DNA of 64,000 nucleotides from a bacterium (GTDB lineage: Bacteria > SAR324 > NAC60-12): contig OZ242383.1 in the NCBI GenBank assembly GCA_965209155.1, forward strand, positions 1,568,001 through 1,632,000, in the 5' to 3' direction. This document shows, piece after piece, positions 28,972 through 39,965 of this stretch (position 1 is its first letter; every line of letters begins with the position of its first letter). The translations under genes were made by a program, and so were the position numbers. A model generated the notes under the pieces. It had not been told where the DNA came from. It saw only the letters and a program-made list of their open reading frames with translations, and made no database searches.

Positions 28972-29907
28972 GTGCCCCTTTATAATGACATCTTGGAAAC
29001 AATCGGAGGCACCCCAATCGTAAAAATCAACCGTTTGACGGGAAATGGAGATGCCGGGGTTTATGTGAAACTGGAAAGCTTCAATCCGGGGGGTAGCGTA
29101 AAGGATCGGACGGCGTTGGGAATGATCCTCGATGCGGAAAAAGAGCAACGACTGAAACCCGGAGCCACAATTGTCGAGCCGACCACTGGAAATACTGGAA
29201 TCGGACTGACTTTGATCGCTGCGGTACGAGGATATGGCATGGTCCTGACGATGCCGGATTCCATGAGTTTCGAACGTCGGGCGATGATGGAACACATGGG
29301 AGCCTCCATCATTCTCACTCCAGGCGAATTGGGCATGCAAGGTGCGATCGAGATGGCCCACACCCTGGTGGAAGAACGGGGTTATTTCATGATGTCCCAA
29401 TTCAGCAATCCCTCCAACCCCGCTATCCATGAAGATACCACCGCGCAAGAAATACTGAAAGACTTCCAAAACACCGGATTGGATTATCTCGTCAGCGGTA
29501 TTGGTACAGGTGGTACGATGTCCGGAACAGGTAAAATTTTAAAACGAAATTTTCCCGGAATTCAAAATATTGCTGTAGAACCCGCCCATTGTGCCGCAAT
29601 TTCCGGGGGTCCTTTGGGGATCCATGGCATTCAGGGACTCGGCGCCGGGTTTGTTCCCGACAACTATCACCCGGAATGGGTGGATCAAGTCATGCTGGTC
29701 AGCGAAGGAAATGCATACGATACCGCACGAGCAGCCGCCTCTCGGGAAGGAATTTTGATCGGGATCTCCTCAGGAGCGAGTTTGTGGGCCGCATTGCAAA
29801 TCGCCAAGTCAGCAGTAAAAGGGAAACGCATATTGGCCATCTTGCCTGATGGCGCAGAACATTATATGAGTACGCCTTTGTTCATTCAAAAGAAGAGAGC
29901 AGTATGA
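28972..29907 (+). CDS. cysK: Cysteine synthase A
   Basis: [29 protein letters not shown]. Confidence 0.93.
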   Translation: MPLYNDILETIGGTPIVKINRLTGNGDAGVYVKLESFNPGGSVKDRTALGMILDAEKEQRLKPGATIVEPTTGNTGIGLTLIAAVRGYGMVLTMPDSMSFERRAMMEHMGASIILTPGELGMQGAIEMAHTLVEERGYFMMSQFSNPSNPAIHEDTTAQEILKDFQNTGLDYLVSGIGTGGTMSGTGKILKRNFPGIQNIAVEPAHCAAISGGPLGIHGIQGLGAGFVPDNYHPEWVDQVMLVSEGNAYDTARAAASREGILIGISSGASLWAALQIAKSAVKGKRILAILPDGAEHYMSTPLFIQKKRAV

Positions 29908-30857
29908 ATAATGAAAAAGGACTGGACGCGGCGGTATCCTCCATATTGGAATCCTATCGTAAACATCCCAATCTGGAACGGATTGGTAAAAAACAATTGC
30001 CTGCCCGAGAAGACATCATTCTCTTAGTCCAAGACATTCAAATGTTGCTGTTTCCCGGCTTCATTCGGGAAGAACAACTAGAGCCTCTCGAACTGCCTTA
30101 CATAATCGGACAAAAGACTGTTTCGATATTCAAACGTCTGCAAATTTTTATGGAACAAGTCTTATGCTGGGAAATCGCCCAGGAAGGTGTAAACTGCCAC
30201 GACGATCCTTCCTTTGCGTCTCAAGTAGAACATATTGCCATGGAATTTCTTGAATCCATCCCTCACATGCGGGACATACTGGCAGAAGATGTTTTTGCTT
30301 TCTATGAAGGCGATCCTGCCGCACGCAGCCAACAGGAGATCATATTAGGTTACCCGGGGATCAATGCTCTCAGTATTCATCGTATTTCTCATTTTTTTTA
30401 CGAAAAAAACATCCCTCTTCTTCCTCGCATTATGAGTGAGTACGTACATTCCCAAACCGGGATCGACATCCATCCTGGCGCAAAAATCGGCAAGGCCACC
30501 ATGATTGATCATGGAACCGGAATCGTTATTGGAGAGACCGCTGTCATTGGTGACGATGTCCGCATCTATCAAGGGGTAACCATTGGAGCGTTGAGCCCCA
30601 CAAAGAAAGTGGATCGTCCATGGGATAAACGTCATCCTACCATCGAAGACCATGTGGTCATATATGCGGGAGCGACCATCCTTGGTGGTAAAACTGTGGT
30701 AGGAGCCCATTCCATCATTGGAGGCAATGTCTGGCTCACCCGTAGTGTGCCTCCCAATAGTCGAGTTGTGTGGGATGCAAAAGCCAACCAATGCTCGGTC
30801 GAAAAGGAAGAGATTTTGCTGGATCCCGAAACCTCGTCAAAACCGATTCAGGTCTAG
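29904..30857 (+). CDS. cysE: Serine O-acetyltransferase
   Basis: [34 protein letters not shown]. Confidence 0.93.
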   Translation: MNNEKGLDAAVSSILESYRKHPNLERIGKKQLPAREDIILLVQDIQMLLFPGFIREEQLEPLELPYIIGQKTVSIFKRLQIFMEQVLCWEIAQEGVNCHDDPSFASQVEHIAMEFLESIPHMRDILAEDVFAFYEGDPAARSQQEIILGYPGINALSIHRISHFFYEKNIPLLPRIMSEYVHSQTGIDIHPGAKIGKATMIDHGTGIVIGETAVIGDDVRIYQGVTIGALSPTKKVDRPWDKRHPTIEDHVVIYAGATILGGKTVVGAHSIIGGNVWLTRSVPPNSRVVWDAKANQCSVEKEEILLDPETSSKPIQV

Positions 30858-31005
30858 ATCTTGATTTTTAATGAGATTCGTAAGAATTTAAATGCATGCG
30901 TGTTTTCAACCCGAATTTTGCCAAGAATTGATCTAAGCGTTGAGAATGTCCGTAAAAATCAGAACCACATTCCAGCCGACCGGCGATACGAATAGAGGTG
31001 AAATA

Positions 31006-31317
31006 ATGGGGCAAAATGGTTCATTTGAAAATCATGCGTTAAAAGAGTCAAAAACTAAATTACGTCCCCCTCCTTTGTATCAAGTTTTAATACATAATGA
31101 TGACTATACGACCATGGATTTTGTGGTTCATATTTTAGAAACAATTTTTGGTAAAAGTCCTTTAGAAGCCTCACGCATCATGCTTAACGTTCATAATGAC
31201 GGGGTTGGGGTTTGTGGAGTTTATGACTTTGAACTTGCGGAAACGAAAATTGAGGCAGTCCACGCCGTTGCCGAACAATATGAATTTCCTCTAAAGTGCA
31301 GTATGGAAGAAATTTAG
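31006..31317 (+). CDS. clpS: ClpS adaptor
   Basis: YQVLIHNDDYTTMDFVV, FPLKCSME. Confidence 0.95.
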   Translation: MGQNGSFENHALKESKTKLRPPPLYQVLIHNDDYTTMDFVVHILETIFGKSPLEASRIMLNVHNDGVGVCGVYDFELAETKIEAVHAVAEQYEFPLKCSMEEI

Positions 31318-31321
31318 AGGA

Positions 31322-33583
31322 GTGGAGAGCATGTTTACCAAGGATCTAGAGGTTAGTTTGATGGTTGCTCAACGGGAGGCCAAGAATCGAAGGCATGAGT
31401 ATCTGTGCGTGGAGCATATTCTCTATGCATTACTCAACAATGAAATGGGAGCGCGCATCATCAAACGTTGTGGCGGAAACATTGATCAGTTGAAAGAGAG
31501 CTTGGAGGAGTTTTTCACCAAGCAGGAAACGGTTTTGCCCAAAGGGGACAATCCCCAGCAAACGCTCGCAGTGCAACGCGTCTTGCACCTGGCAGTCATG
31601 CATGTCAACAGTGCAGGAAAAACTACGGCTGATGTAGGAGACGTATTGGTTGCCATTCACCGTGAATCCAAGTCACATGCCTCTTATTTTTTGCAGAAAG
31701 AAGGCATCACTCGTTTGGATCTACTCAACTACATCTCTCATGGTATTTCCAAAGTTCCGGTGGATGATGAAGATCCGGACAACAATCGGGATTTTTCGGA
31801 AGAAGCTGAGGAGTCAGAGGACCGGAGGCAACGTAATCCACTGGCATTGTATACGCTCAATCTGTCACGATTAGCCGCTGAAAATAAAATTGATCCTTTG
31901 ATCGGACGGGACTATGAGTTGGAACGCACCATCCAAATCCTTTGTCGACGCCGTAAAAACAACCCGATCTACGTGGGCGAGCCTGGAGTGGGAAAAACCG
32001 CAATTGCAGAGGGTTTGGCTCTCCAGATTCAACGGGGTGACGTGCCCGATCTGCTGGAAGATGCAGAAATTTTTTCATTGGATATCGGGGCTTTGCTCGC
32101 TGGAACGAAATTTCGAGGCGATTTCGAACAGCGCGTCAAAGCGGTACTAAAAGCCTTAAAGAACAAAACCCGCTCAATTCTTTTCATAGACGAAATCCAT
32201 ACCATCGTGGGAGCAGGAGCTACCAGCGGGGGATCAATGGATGTCTCCAATTTATTGAAACCGGCGCTTGCGAAAGGCACTCTCCGTTGTATTGGTTCCA
32301 CGACCTATGAAGAGTACAAAAAGTCTTTTGATAAAGACCATGCCCTTTCCCGAAGATTTCAAAAAATCGATATCCTGGAACCAACCGTTGAAGAAACGAT
32401 CAAGATACTGAAGGGACTTAAAGTGCATTATGAAAACCATCACGAACTGCGCTACACTCAGGGTGCTTTGCGGGTTGCCGCTGAATTATCAGCCAAATAC
32501 ATCAACGAACGATTTCTACCGGATAAAGCCATTGATGTGATTGATGAAGTTGGCTCTGCCGTGAAGTTGCGTCCGATATCAAAAAAACGAAAAACCGTTA
32601 CGGCGATTGATGTGGAACAGGTCGTGTCCCGCATCGCTCGTATTCCTTTACAACGAGTGACCGTTTCCGATAAAGACCAATTACAGAATTTAGAAAAGGA
32701 ACTGAAGATGCGGGTTTTTGGTCAGGACGAAGCCCTGCGAACGTTGGCGATCGCAATTAAACGTTCACGGGCAGGATTGAGTCAGCCCGACCAACCCGTT
32801 GGCTCCTTTTTATTTACCGGACCCACTGGAGTGGGGAAAACTGAAGTGGCCAAACAACTGGCAATGATCATGGGCATTCATTTCGAGCGCTTTGATATGA
32901 GTGAATATATGGAAAAGCATGCGGTTTCTCGTTTGATTGGAGCTCCTCCCGGTTATGTTGGCTTTGATCAGGGAGGTTTGATGACTGATGCGATTCGAAA
33001 GCACCCGCATTCGGTATTGTTGCTCGACGAAATCGAAAAAGCCCATCCGGATATCTTTAATATTTTACTGCAAGTGATGGATCACGCTAAATTGACGGAC
33101 AATAACGGACGACAAGCGGATTTTCGCAATGTGGTCATCATCATGACTTCCAATGTTGGAGCTAAAGAAATGGGCACGGCGATGATTGGGTTCGGCAACA
33201 ATTCCCCTACAGCTCCTGGTAAACAAGCGCTGGAGAAAATGTTCAGCCCTGAATTCCGCAATCGTCTGGATGCGATCATCAACTTCAATTCGTTGCCGGA
33301 AAATGTAATCCTCATGGTGGTTGATAAATTCATCCTGACATTGGAACACAAACTTCAGCACAAACGAGTGGTCATTAATATTTCCGAGTCGACACGCAAG
33401 TGGCTTGCGCGCAAAGGATATGATCCGAAATTTGGAGCACGCTTGATGCAGCGTGTGATACAACAAGAGATCGAAACGGTTCTTGCTGATGAAGTTTTGT
33501 TTGGACACCTGGTCAATGGGGGACAGGTTTTCATCGATGTCCGGAACGAGACACTCACCTTTGATTATTCCGAAACCACTTAG
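31322..33583 (+). CDS. clpA: ATP-dependent Clp protease ATP-binding subunit ClpA
   Basis: Two AAA modules (GEPGVGKT, GPTGVGKT), RLIGAPPGYVG, no ClpB M-domain, follows clpS. Confidence 0.96.
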   Translation: MESMFTKDLEVSLMVAQREAKNRRHEYLCVEHILYALLNNEMGARIIKRCGGNIDQLKESLEEFFTKQETVLPKGDNPQQTLAVQRVLHLAVMHVNSAGKTTADVGDVLVAIHRESKSHASYFLQKEGITRLDLLNYISHGISKVPVDDEDPDNNRDFSEEAEESEDRRQRNPLALYTLNLSRLAAENKIDPLIGRDYELERTIQILCRRRKNNPIYVGEPGVGKTAIAEGLALQIQRGDVPDLLEDAEIFSLDIGALLAGTKFRGDFEQRVKAVLKALKNKTRSILFIDEIHTIVGAGATSGGSMDVSNLLKPALAKGTLRCIGSTTYEEYKKSFDKDHALSRRFQKIDILEPTVEETIKILKGLKVHYENHHELRYTQGALRVAAELSAKYINERFLPDKAIDVIDEVGSAVKLRPISKKRKTVTAIDVEQVVSRIARIPLQRVTVSDKDQLQNLEKELKMRVFGQDEALRTLAIAIKRSRAGLSQPDQPVGSFLFTGPTGVGKTEVAKQLAMIMGIHFERFDMSEYMEKHAVSRLIGAPPGYVGFDQGGLMTDAIRKHPHSVLLLDEIEKAHPDIFNILLQVMDHAKLTDNNGRQADFRNVVIIMTSNVGAKEMGTAMIGFGNNSPTAPGKQALEKMFSPEFRNRLDAIINFNSLPENVILMVVDKFILTLEHKLQHKRVVINISESTRKWLARKGYDPKFGARLMQRVIQQEIETVLADEVLFGHLVNGGQVFIDVRNETLTFDYSETT

Positions 33584-33679
33584 TCCGTTTACCTGCTAAT
33601 TTATTCTGCCAGATTGATCCATGCGACTGGTGTAGACTTCTGCAAGACAGTTAAAGTTCCTCGCATATTATGAGAAATT

Positions 33680-34156
33680 ATGAGTGATATTCATCCCATC
33701 ACGAAAACCGGGTATGAAAAATTGAAAAATGAATTGAAACGATTGACGTCCGTGGAGCGACCTGCTGTGGTTCAAGCTATCGAAGAAGCCCGTGCGCATG
33801 GAGATCTGCGAGAAAATGCAGAATATCATGCCGCCAAGGAACGGCAAGGTTTCATTGAAGGACGGCTTCAAGAAATCAATGGCAAATTGTCCAATTGCAA
33901 AGTGATCGATCCTGCTGTGTTATCAGGAAATACTGTAATTTTCGGTGCCACGGTGACGCTACTCGACCTGAAAACCGAGGGAGAGATGCGTTACCAAATA
34001 GTTGGGGATGAAGAAGCCGATCTCAACGAAAAAAAAATCTCATATTCCTCTCCCATTGCACGGGCGCTGATTGGAAAAAAAGCTGGAGATGAGATCACCA
34101 TCCGAATCCCAAAAGGAACCCTTGAGGTTGAGGTGCTAGATGTTGAATTTATCTGA
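33680..34156 (+). CDS. greA: Transcription elongation factor GreA
   Basis: ARAHGDLRENAEYHAAKE, SYSSPIARAL. Confidence 0.96.
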   Translation: MSDIHPITKTGYEKLKNELKRLTSVERPAVVQAIEEARAHGDLRENAEYHAAKERQGFIEGRLQEINGKLSNCKVIDPAVLSGNTVIFGATVTLLDLKTEGEMRYQIVGDEEADLNEKKISYSSPIARALIGKKAGDEITIRIPKGTLEVEVLDVEFI

Positions 34157-34165
34157 AGAGGCGCA

Positions 34166-35233
34166 TTGCTGGAAGTTAATATCCAAAAAAAAATGGATCG
34201 TTTTCATCTCAGTTTCAACCAAATCATCCCTCCTGGAGTCACCGCTTTTTTTGGTAAATCCGGTGCTGGCAAAACCACGATACTCAATCTGATCGCTGGA
34301 TTGATGAACCCAGATCAAGGAAGGATCGCCCTGAATCAACAGGTATTGTTTCACTCTTCAGAAAACATCAACCTCCCTCCGGCACGCCGCGGTATAGGGT
34401 ATGTTTTTCAGGAATCCCGTCTCTTTCCTCATCTCAATGTGAGAAAAAATCTGGTTTATGGATATCGATCTGTTCCGGATAAACAGAAATTACTGAACTT
34501 TGACAATGTGGTCTCTCTTTTGGAATTAGAACCACTTTTAATCCGTTATCCCAAACGGTTGTCCACAGGTGAAAAACAAAGGGTGGCCATTGGCAGAGCA
34601 TTGCTGCGACAACCGGAAGTCATGTTAATGGACGAACCGCTCGCCTCATTGGATACCCCCCGTAAAATCCAGATCCTGCCTTACATCAAACGAATTTGCA
34701 GTGAATTAAAAATTCCCGTTATCTATGTCAGTCATCTGATTGATGAAATCATGCAACTAGCTCATTCCATGGCTTTCATTGCTGAAGGCTCATGTCTGGC
34801 ATACGGTCCCATTGTAGATGTGCTCGCTCAACATGAACTGCAAAATTTTTATGGATTGGAAGAAATAGGGTCAGTCTTGGAAACCCAAATCACTGCTCAT
34901 GATTCGGCCTATGACTTAACCCTACTCTCCCATCCAGGTGGACAAATTTCCGTTTCCCGCTTGCACCAGCCTGTTCAAGAATTGATCCGCATCCGCATCC
35001 TCCCTCGAGACGTAACCATTGCCACAACCTTGCCCCAGGACAGCAGCGTCCTCAATATTCTGCAGGGAACCATCACTTCTATGATCCAAGTCAGCCCCTC
35101 CCATATCGACCTCCTGCTCGATGTGGGCGGCCCCTTGTGGGCGCGCGTTACACGAAAATCATGCGATTCCCTCCAATTAAAAATGGGAAAACCTATCTAT
35201 GCCCTCATTAAAAGCGCTGCCGTTTTGCCCTGA
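34166..35233 (+). CDS. modC: Molybdate ABC transporter ATP-binding protein
   Basis: GKSGAGKT, VFQESRLFPHL, DEPLASLD, C-terminal TOBE/Mop (SSVLNIL, ALIKS). Confidence 0.9.
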   Translation: MLEVNIQKKMDRFHLSFNQIIPPGVTAFFGKSGAGKTTILNLIAGLMNPDQGRIALNQQVLFHSSENINLPPARRGIGYVFQESRLFPHLNVRKNLVYGYRSVPDKQKLLNFDNVVSLLELEPLLIRYPKRLSTGEKQRVAIGRALLRQPEVMLMDEPLASLDTPRKIQILPYIKRICSELKIPVIYVSHLIDEIMQLAHSMAFIAEGSCLAYGPIVDVLAQHELQNFYGLEEIGSVLETQITAHDSAYDLTLLSHPGGQISVSRLHQPVQELIRIRILPRDVTIATTLPQDSSVLNILQGTITSMIQVSPSHIDLLLDVGGPLWARVTRKSCDSLQLKMGKPIYALIKSAAVLP

Positions 35234-35266
35234 TTTCTACAAAATGCATTTTTTTTAAATTTTTTG

Positions 35267-35337
35267 TTGCACTCTTATCAAAAACTTGTTAGAGTTTGCC
35301 ATTATGAATGTTAGCACTCACAAACATTGAGTGCTAG
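35267..35337 (+). promoter_or_regulatory. sigma70-like promoter and CIRCE (HrcA) operator
   Basis: TTGCAC-N17-TAGAGT at 35267-35295; TTAGCACTC-N9-GAGTGCTAG at 35311-35337 (17/18 match to consensus). Confidence 0.85.
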
Positions 35338-35438
35338 TAATAGGAATTTAAAATTTATTTCGTTTTTTTGTGAGCAACTGAGGGATAAGACATGGTTTTT
35401 GCATAAAAGACTCATTGAGAAATGTCAAGGAGGGCAAC

Positions 35439-35696
35439 ATGAAATACAATGAACGAAAAAAAGGGAAACAAGGTCATATGAATTCTGGAGATAATTTCAA
35501 TAAAATCAGTCGTGAAGAGATCAACGAAGCGATGCAGCAGTTTTTCAAGCGTGGTGGTAAAATCAAAAAGATCAAGACACTCCACAATTCTATCACTTCG
35601 ATAGATCCTCTAGGAGATGAAGATAGGGGAAGGTGGGATGAGATTGGCAATTTGAATTTCAACTCAGGTACCTCATCTTCAATGAGTAATTGGTAA
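35439..35696 (+). CDS. Small hypothetical protein with a SutA-like motif
   Basis: AAGGAGG RBS; REEINEAMQQFFKRGGKIKKI. Confidence 0.6.
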   Translation: MKYNERKKGKQGHMNSGDNFNKISREEINEAMQQFFKRGGKIKKIKTLHNSITSIDPLGDEDRGRWDEIGNLNFNSGTSSSMSNW

Positions 35697-35800
35697 TCAC
35701 GTCCACGAGTGGACTCGTTTGCCAATGCGTGTTCGATTCAGTGAGCAGAGGGTAGAGGAGTTTACGATCTCTGTTGAGAAAAAAAATCGGATTTCCGGGA

Positions 35801-36316
35801 TCAATTGGAGATGGAGGATAAGTAGATTTTCCAGGTAGGGTGATCGTTCGCCGTTCGCAAGGAGTGAGCCAGAAACTGAAACCAATCGGGTTCCATCGGT
35901 TTTTTTCTCAAAGAGACTCCCACCTTTTCAGGGAGGTTGTCGCCTTTTTTCGCATTACAAGCAAGACAAGCAGTCACCAGATTATCCCAAGAAGTTCTTC
36001 CCCCTTTACTTCGTGGAATCACGTGATCACATGTCAGTTTGTTCGAAGAGAAGGGGTGTGTACAATACTGGCAAATATAGTGATCACGTTGAAAGATTGT
36101 TTCTCGGGAGAGTTTAACGGCTCCTCTTTCCCAACGCGCAAATTTCACGAGACGAATCACAGCAGGCAGGGGAATCGATTGGGAAACACTGCGGATTTCC
36201 CGGTCGTATTTTTCTAGAATCTCAACTTTATCCAAAAAAAAGAGGAGAATGGCTTTACGCCAGGAAATCACCTTCAATGGTTGGAAGCTAGCATTCAAGA
36301 GTAAAGTCCGCTCCAT
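35801..36316 (-). CDS. HNH endonuclease (McrA/HNH_5-like)
   Basis: LLLNASFQPL, RDHYICQYC, DHVIPRSKGG..SWDNLVTAC..CN..KG. Confidence 0.92.
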   Translation of the reverse strand: MERTLLLNASFQPLKVISWRKAILLFFLDKVEILEKYDREIRSVSQSIPLPAVIRLVKFARWERGAVKLSRETIFQRDHYICQYCTHPFSSNKLTCDHVIPRSKGGRTSWDNLVTACLACNAKKGDNLPEKVGVSLRKKPMEPDWFQFLAHSLRTANDHPTWKIYLSSISN

Positions 36317-36541
36317 TTTGTTCCTTTTTGATATCCGCTCTACAACAATTCAGTTCCCATGTGGCCGAGATATCGTTTAATTGGAGAAACTCGCAGTTTT
36401 TTTGAACCCAATGTCGGTTGATTATGAACCGCATATTTAAATTTTGTACTCGATAAGAAATTGTCAGTCTATTGATTGAAGAGAACATTTTCAAGACAAG
36501 ACAATCCCATTCTGCAAGCGGAAATTGCAGTAGATTAGCTG

Positions 36542-37582
36542 CTACATGACACTTTGGGTGATTTGAACCACTCGATTGAAGACCAATTGGGGTGAAACTG
36601 AGGTCAAACAAAGACGTTTTTGCTTTATTTTGCACTCACCTTTGCCGGTTCGACTACATGGCCGACAAGGCAGGTTCACTTCGATGGCTTCACTTTTTTC
36701 CAAGTAGGGAAAATAACCAAATTCGCGCACAGTTGGTCCAAAAATCGCGATAGCAGGCGTGTTCATCGCTTCTGCTATATGGGCAATGGAGGTGTCGTTG
36801 CAAACAACCAGGCGTGCCTGTTCGAGAAGTGCGGCAGATCCCAAGGGAGTCAGTTTACCTGCCAAATTACAAATATTTTCCCCAAAATACTGTTTCAACC
36901 TTTGGGATTCCTCTTCTTTATCTCCCCCGATCAGGACAATTTGCCATTTTTTCGCCAGCAGTTTGCTCACTAGAGACTGAAAATGGGATAACGGCCAACG
37001 TTTTCCCGGAACCGAAGCGGAAGGTCCGATACAGATCAATCGACCTGAATCCAGCCGATTTTCTCTAAGGAAATTTTTGACAGTGGTCTTGTCTCGAGAG
37101 GAAGGGAAAAGTTCTGTTCGACAAGCAAGAGATTGGGATGTCTGAGATTGCAGGGGATGGAGAAACACTTCCCGTTGAGAGAAACCATTTCTCAGAAAAT
37201 TGAGTTTCCATAGAATGAGAATCGTTCGTTGCCAGCCACGCTTGTTAATCTTCCAGACAACCGGAGGACGCCTCTGGAAGAAAGATTTCATATTCCAACA
37301 AATCCAACGACTCCTCAAGGAGCGGTGAATGTCGTAAATGATGTCAAAGGATTGCTGATTGAGCCGTTCCGCCAACCGATTCAGTTCCCTAAAAGTCTCC
37401 CCCTGGGGATGGAAAGTGACCTGGTCTATATAGGGATTGTTGTCCAGAATCTGACCGTGTTGTTTGGAGGTTAAAAAAGTGACATGGCTCTCTGGAAAGA
37501 CTTTTTTCAGTTCCCGAAAAACTGGAGTGCACAAAACAAGATCTCCCAATGAACTAAAACGAATGACCAGAATTTTAAGCAT
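36542..37582 (-). CDS. GT9 LPS heptosyltransferase (WaaF-like)
   Basis: ILVIRFSSLGDLV, KRWP, NDTS.AHIA, AIFGPT, LPCRPCS. Confidence 0.88.
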   Translation of the reverse strand: MLKILVIRFSSLGDLVLCTPVFRELKKVFPESHVTFLTSKQHGQILDNNPYIDQVTFHPQGETFRELNRLAERLNQQSFDIIYDIHRSLRSRWICWNMKSFFQRRPPVVWKINKRGWQRTILILWKLNFLRNGFSQREVFLHPLQSQTSQSLACRTELFPSSRDKTTVKNFLRENRLDSGRLICIGPSASVPGKRWPLSHFQSLVSKLLAKKWQIVLIGGDKEEESQRLKQYFGENICNLAGKLTPLGSAALLEQARLVVCNDTSIAHIAEAMNTPAIAIFGPTVREFGYFPYLEKSEAIEVNLPCRPCSRTGKGECKIKQKRLCLTSVSPQLVFNRVVQITQSVM

Positions 37583-37619
37583 TTGTGGTCTCAGATTTTT
37601 TGAAACTTCCGGATGTACT

Positions 37620-38960
37620 TTATTTGCCAGAGATTGCGATTTTTTCCACTTTGAATGCAGGAGTGAGGATCGGACTGCGTTCATCGACTTCGCAGGCAAT
37701 CATGGTGATCCGGTTCAATATATCGGTAAAAGTGCTGGCAATGGTGAATTCATTGACTGGCTCTGACAGCTTTCCATCTCGTATCCAAATTCCTTGGGCT
37801 CCTCGTGAATAGTCTCCGTTGGTGATGTTGGCTCCTTGACCAGACATGAAAGTCAGGTAGAGTCCATTTTTAACGCTTTCGATTAATTCAGATTCAAAAT
37901 AGGGACCGGGCTCGAGAACGACATTGGAGGTTCCACCTGCATAACCGTTTGTTTGCATTTTTAACTTATTGGCGGAATAGGTGGAAAGCATGTAATTTTT
38001 CAACACACCGTTTTCGATGAGGCGCAAAGGAGAGGCTTTCACACCCTCACTGTCAAAATACCGGCTCCCCAGCTTGCCAGGCAACAGGGGGTCATCTCGC
38101 AATTGGATGCAAGGATTGGCGATGGAAGTTTCCAGCCGGTCCACCAGAAACGATTGTTTGCGAAAAATGTTGTCGCCCATCATGGCGGAAGTAAGGGAGC
38201 CTATAAAACTGCGTGCCATTTCCGGACAAAAGACAACAGCCACTTCCTGGCTTTTAGGTTTTATCGCTCCAATTTTACGCACCACACGTTCACAAGTTTT
38301 GCGAGCAACTGTATCCAAAGGATCTAAATGCTCGTAAAAGCAAGAACAGCCATACCATCCATCGGTTTGTTTGCGGGCGGAGTTCTTTTCGACAGTGTCT
38401 TGATCTTCGACAAAAGCAGACATCCCTCTGGTAAACAACGTTTTTTTATAACTGTCCATGAAACCATTGGAATCCGCATATACTACTTCTGAGATCAAGT
38501 CGGAATAATAAGCCTGTTCCGTGTGTAGACGTGAATCGATAGCCAGTGTTTTTTCTTCTTGGAGAAAAGTATTCTGTATTTTTTCAGAAGAAGAATAATG
38601 ATCAAAGCGCGGATCCAAACAATTAAGATCGCCAGACGATCTTCCCTGTAATGCAGGGTCCGGGAGCGTATAGTACTCATCGGCATTGATATAAGGCAGG
38701 ATGTCCATAGTGGATTTGACCAATGGAAGTAGAGTATCGATACGGAGATCATTGGAGGTTACCGATGAACGGCGTTGGTTTCGACATAAAGTCAAATGCA
38801 CCCCTGACGAACTCGCTTCCTTGAGCAGATCGATTTGATGATCCCGTACTTCCACTTGAAATAAAGTCGTGTGACCAATTGACACGGTGATAAATTCCGC
38901 TCCCATTTTTTGAGAGGCTACAATCAATTCCTTGGCGAATTGTTTATGAGTCTCGGTCAT
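37620..38960 (-). CDS. pmbA: TldE/PmbA family protein
   Basis: SRYFDSEGV, TNGDYSRGA.G.WI..G, EFTIA; no HExxH. Confidence 0.85.
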   Translation of the reverse strand: MTETHKQFAKELIVASQKMGAEFITVSIGHTTLFQVEVRDHQIDLLKEASSSGVHLTLCRNQRRSSVTSNDLRIDTLLPLVKSTMDILPYINADEYYTLPDPALQGRSSGDLNCLDPRFDHYSSSEKIQNTFLQEEKTLAIDSRLHTEQAYYSDLISEVVYADSNGFMDSYKKTLFTRGMSAFVEDQDTVEKNSARKQTDGWYGCSCFYEHLDPLDTVARKTCERVVRKIGAIKPKSQEVAVVFCPEMARSFIGSLTSAMMGDNIFRKQSFLVDRLETSIANPCIQLRDDPLLPGKLGSRYFDSEGVKASPLRLIENGVLKNYMLSTYSANKLKMQTNGYAGGTSNVVLEPGPYFESELIESVKNGLYLTFMSGQGANITNGDYSRGAQGIWIRDGKLSEPVNEFTIASTFTDILNRITMIACEVDERSPILTPAFKVEKIAISGK

Positions 38961-39023
38961 GAAAAGGACTTAGAGAAATGTACATTCAAGGGAAGCAGAA
39001 TCCTCGAGGCAAGAACATTCGAA

Positions 39024-39962
39024 CTAGAACTTGAATCGTTTTTTTGAAGCCATATGGAAACGATAGCTGTTTGTAAAAAGTAAATTATTTTGAGGTTCCA
39101 GGAAGCGAAACAAGCTGTGGGGAAAGGTACCGTGTTGGTTTTCTGAGGCCATGGGAAAAAGGATTTTCAGCATTTGAGTTACCAGTGTAAGCGAAGTATC
39201 AACCCGCGTAATCAAGACCGGGAAACTTGTCAGGGTAGGCACTGGTTGGGGAGTGTTCGGATAAATATTAGCAGGCAATGGACGATCTGACAGCCAAGGG
39301 AATTGCGCTCGATTAAAAGTTATCAACCAGTCATCCAGAGGAATCAACTTATAAGCAGGCTGAAGCAACAAGTGATGGATTTCTTTCAACGGGTATGGGG
39401 CTGTTACGAGAAGTGCCCTATTATCCAGACCAGCAAGAGTTTCTAAGCTGTTTTCTTCAGTGAACCAATGAAATCGGTCAGGGTCGTAATAACCTGGTGT
39501 AATCAGTTGGCTCCAAGAGTTAACAAAATACGTAGAGTTGTGGTGTACACTAAGCGAGTCATGGGTGTCAACCCCTAACGCAGTCATTTCTATTTGTGGA
39601 GTAACCACATGGAGCGCGTTCGGCCACAGCACGGTAATCACCGAAACCTCCGGATACCGAGTAAGCGAAAGATGAGCCTGTTGGGGAGAAATAATTGCGA
39701 AATCTCCCTGACGGGATCGCAGACGTCGTATACGATTTTCCGGATTTTTTACCACAATTGGAAAAAGGGAACCAGGCATTTGAAATTTGGAGACTTTCCA
39801 CAAGCGTGAAAACTCCATGGCAAATTGATAAGAACCGGTTCCTTGGGCTCCTACCAGAATGGAATAATGTGGCGCCCCTTGCAGGGAACCGCATTGAACA
39901 GAAGCAACTAATACTCCGATCACTATGTAAATTGTTGCTTTCAACCAGGACAGTTCTCTCAT
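39024..39962 (-). CDS. TAXI-like TRAP solute receptor (divergent)
   Basis: G..GTGSY, ENRIRRL....GDFAI, LWPNALHVV, LPANIYP. Confidence 0.6.
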   Translation of the reverse strand: MRELSWLKATIYIVIGVLVASVQCGSLQGAPHYSILVGAQGTGSYQFAMEFSRLWKVSKFQMPGSLFPIVVKNPENRIRRLRSRQGDFAIISPQQAHLSLTRYPEVSVITVLWPNALHVVTPQIEMTALGVDTHDSLSVHHNSTYFVNSWSQLITPGYYDPDRFHWFTEENSLETLAGLDNRALLVTAPYPLKEIHHLLLQPAYKLIPLDDWLITFNRAQFPWLSDRPLPANIYPNTPQPVPTLTSFPVLITRVDTSLTLVTQMLKILFPMASENQHGTFPHSLFRFLEPQNNLLFTNSYRFHMASKKRFKF

Positions 39963-39965
39963 GGT

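Noticed and set aside
35801..36316. HNH gene as IscB/Cas9-like or a homing element
   Set aside because: 171 aa, no RuvC motifs, no flanking ends; typical stand-alone HNH family
34166..39962. Orphan modC and TAXI receptor as novel systems
   Set aside because: Partner subunits are probably encoded elsewhere; nothing in the sequence suggests a new function
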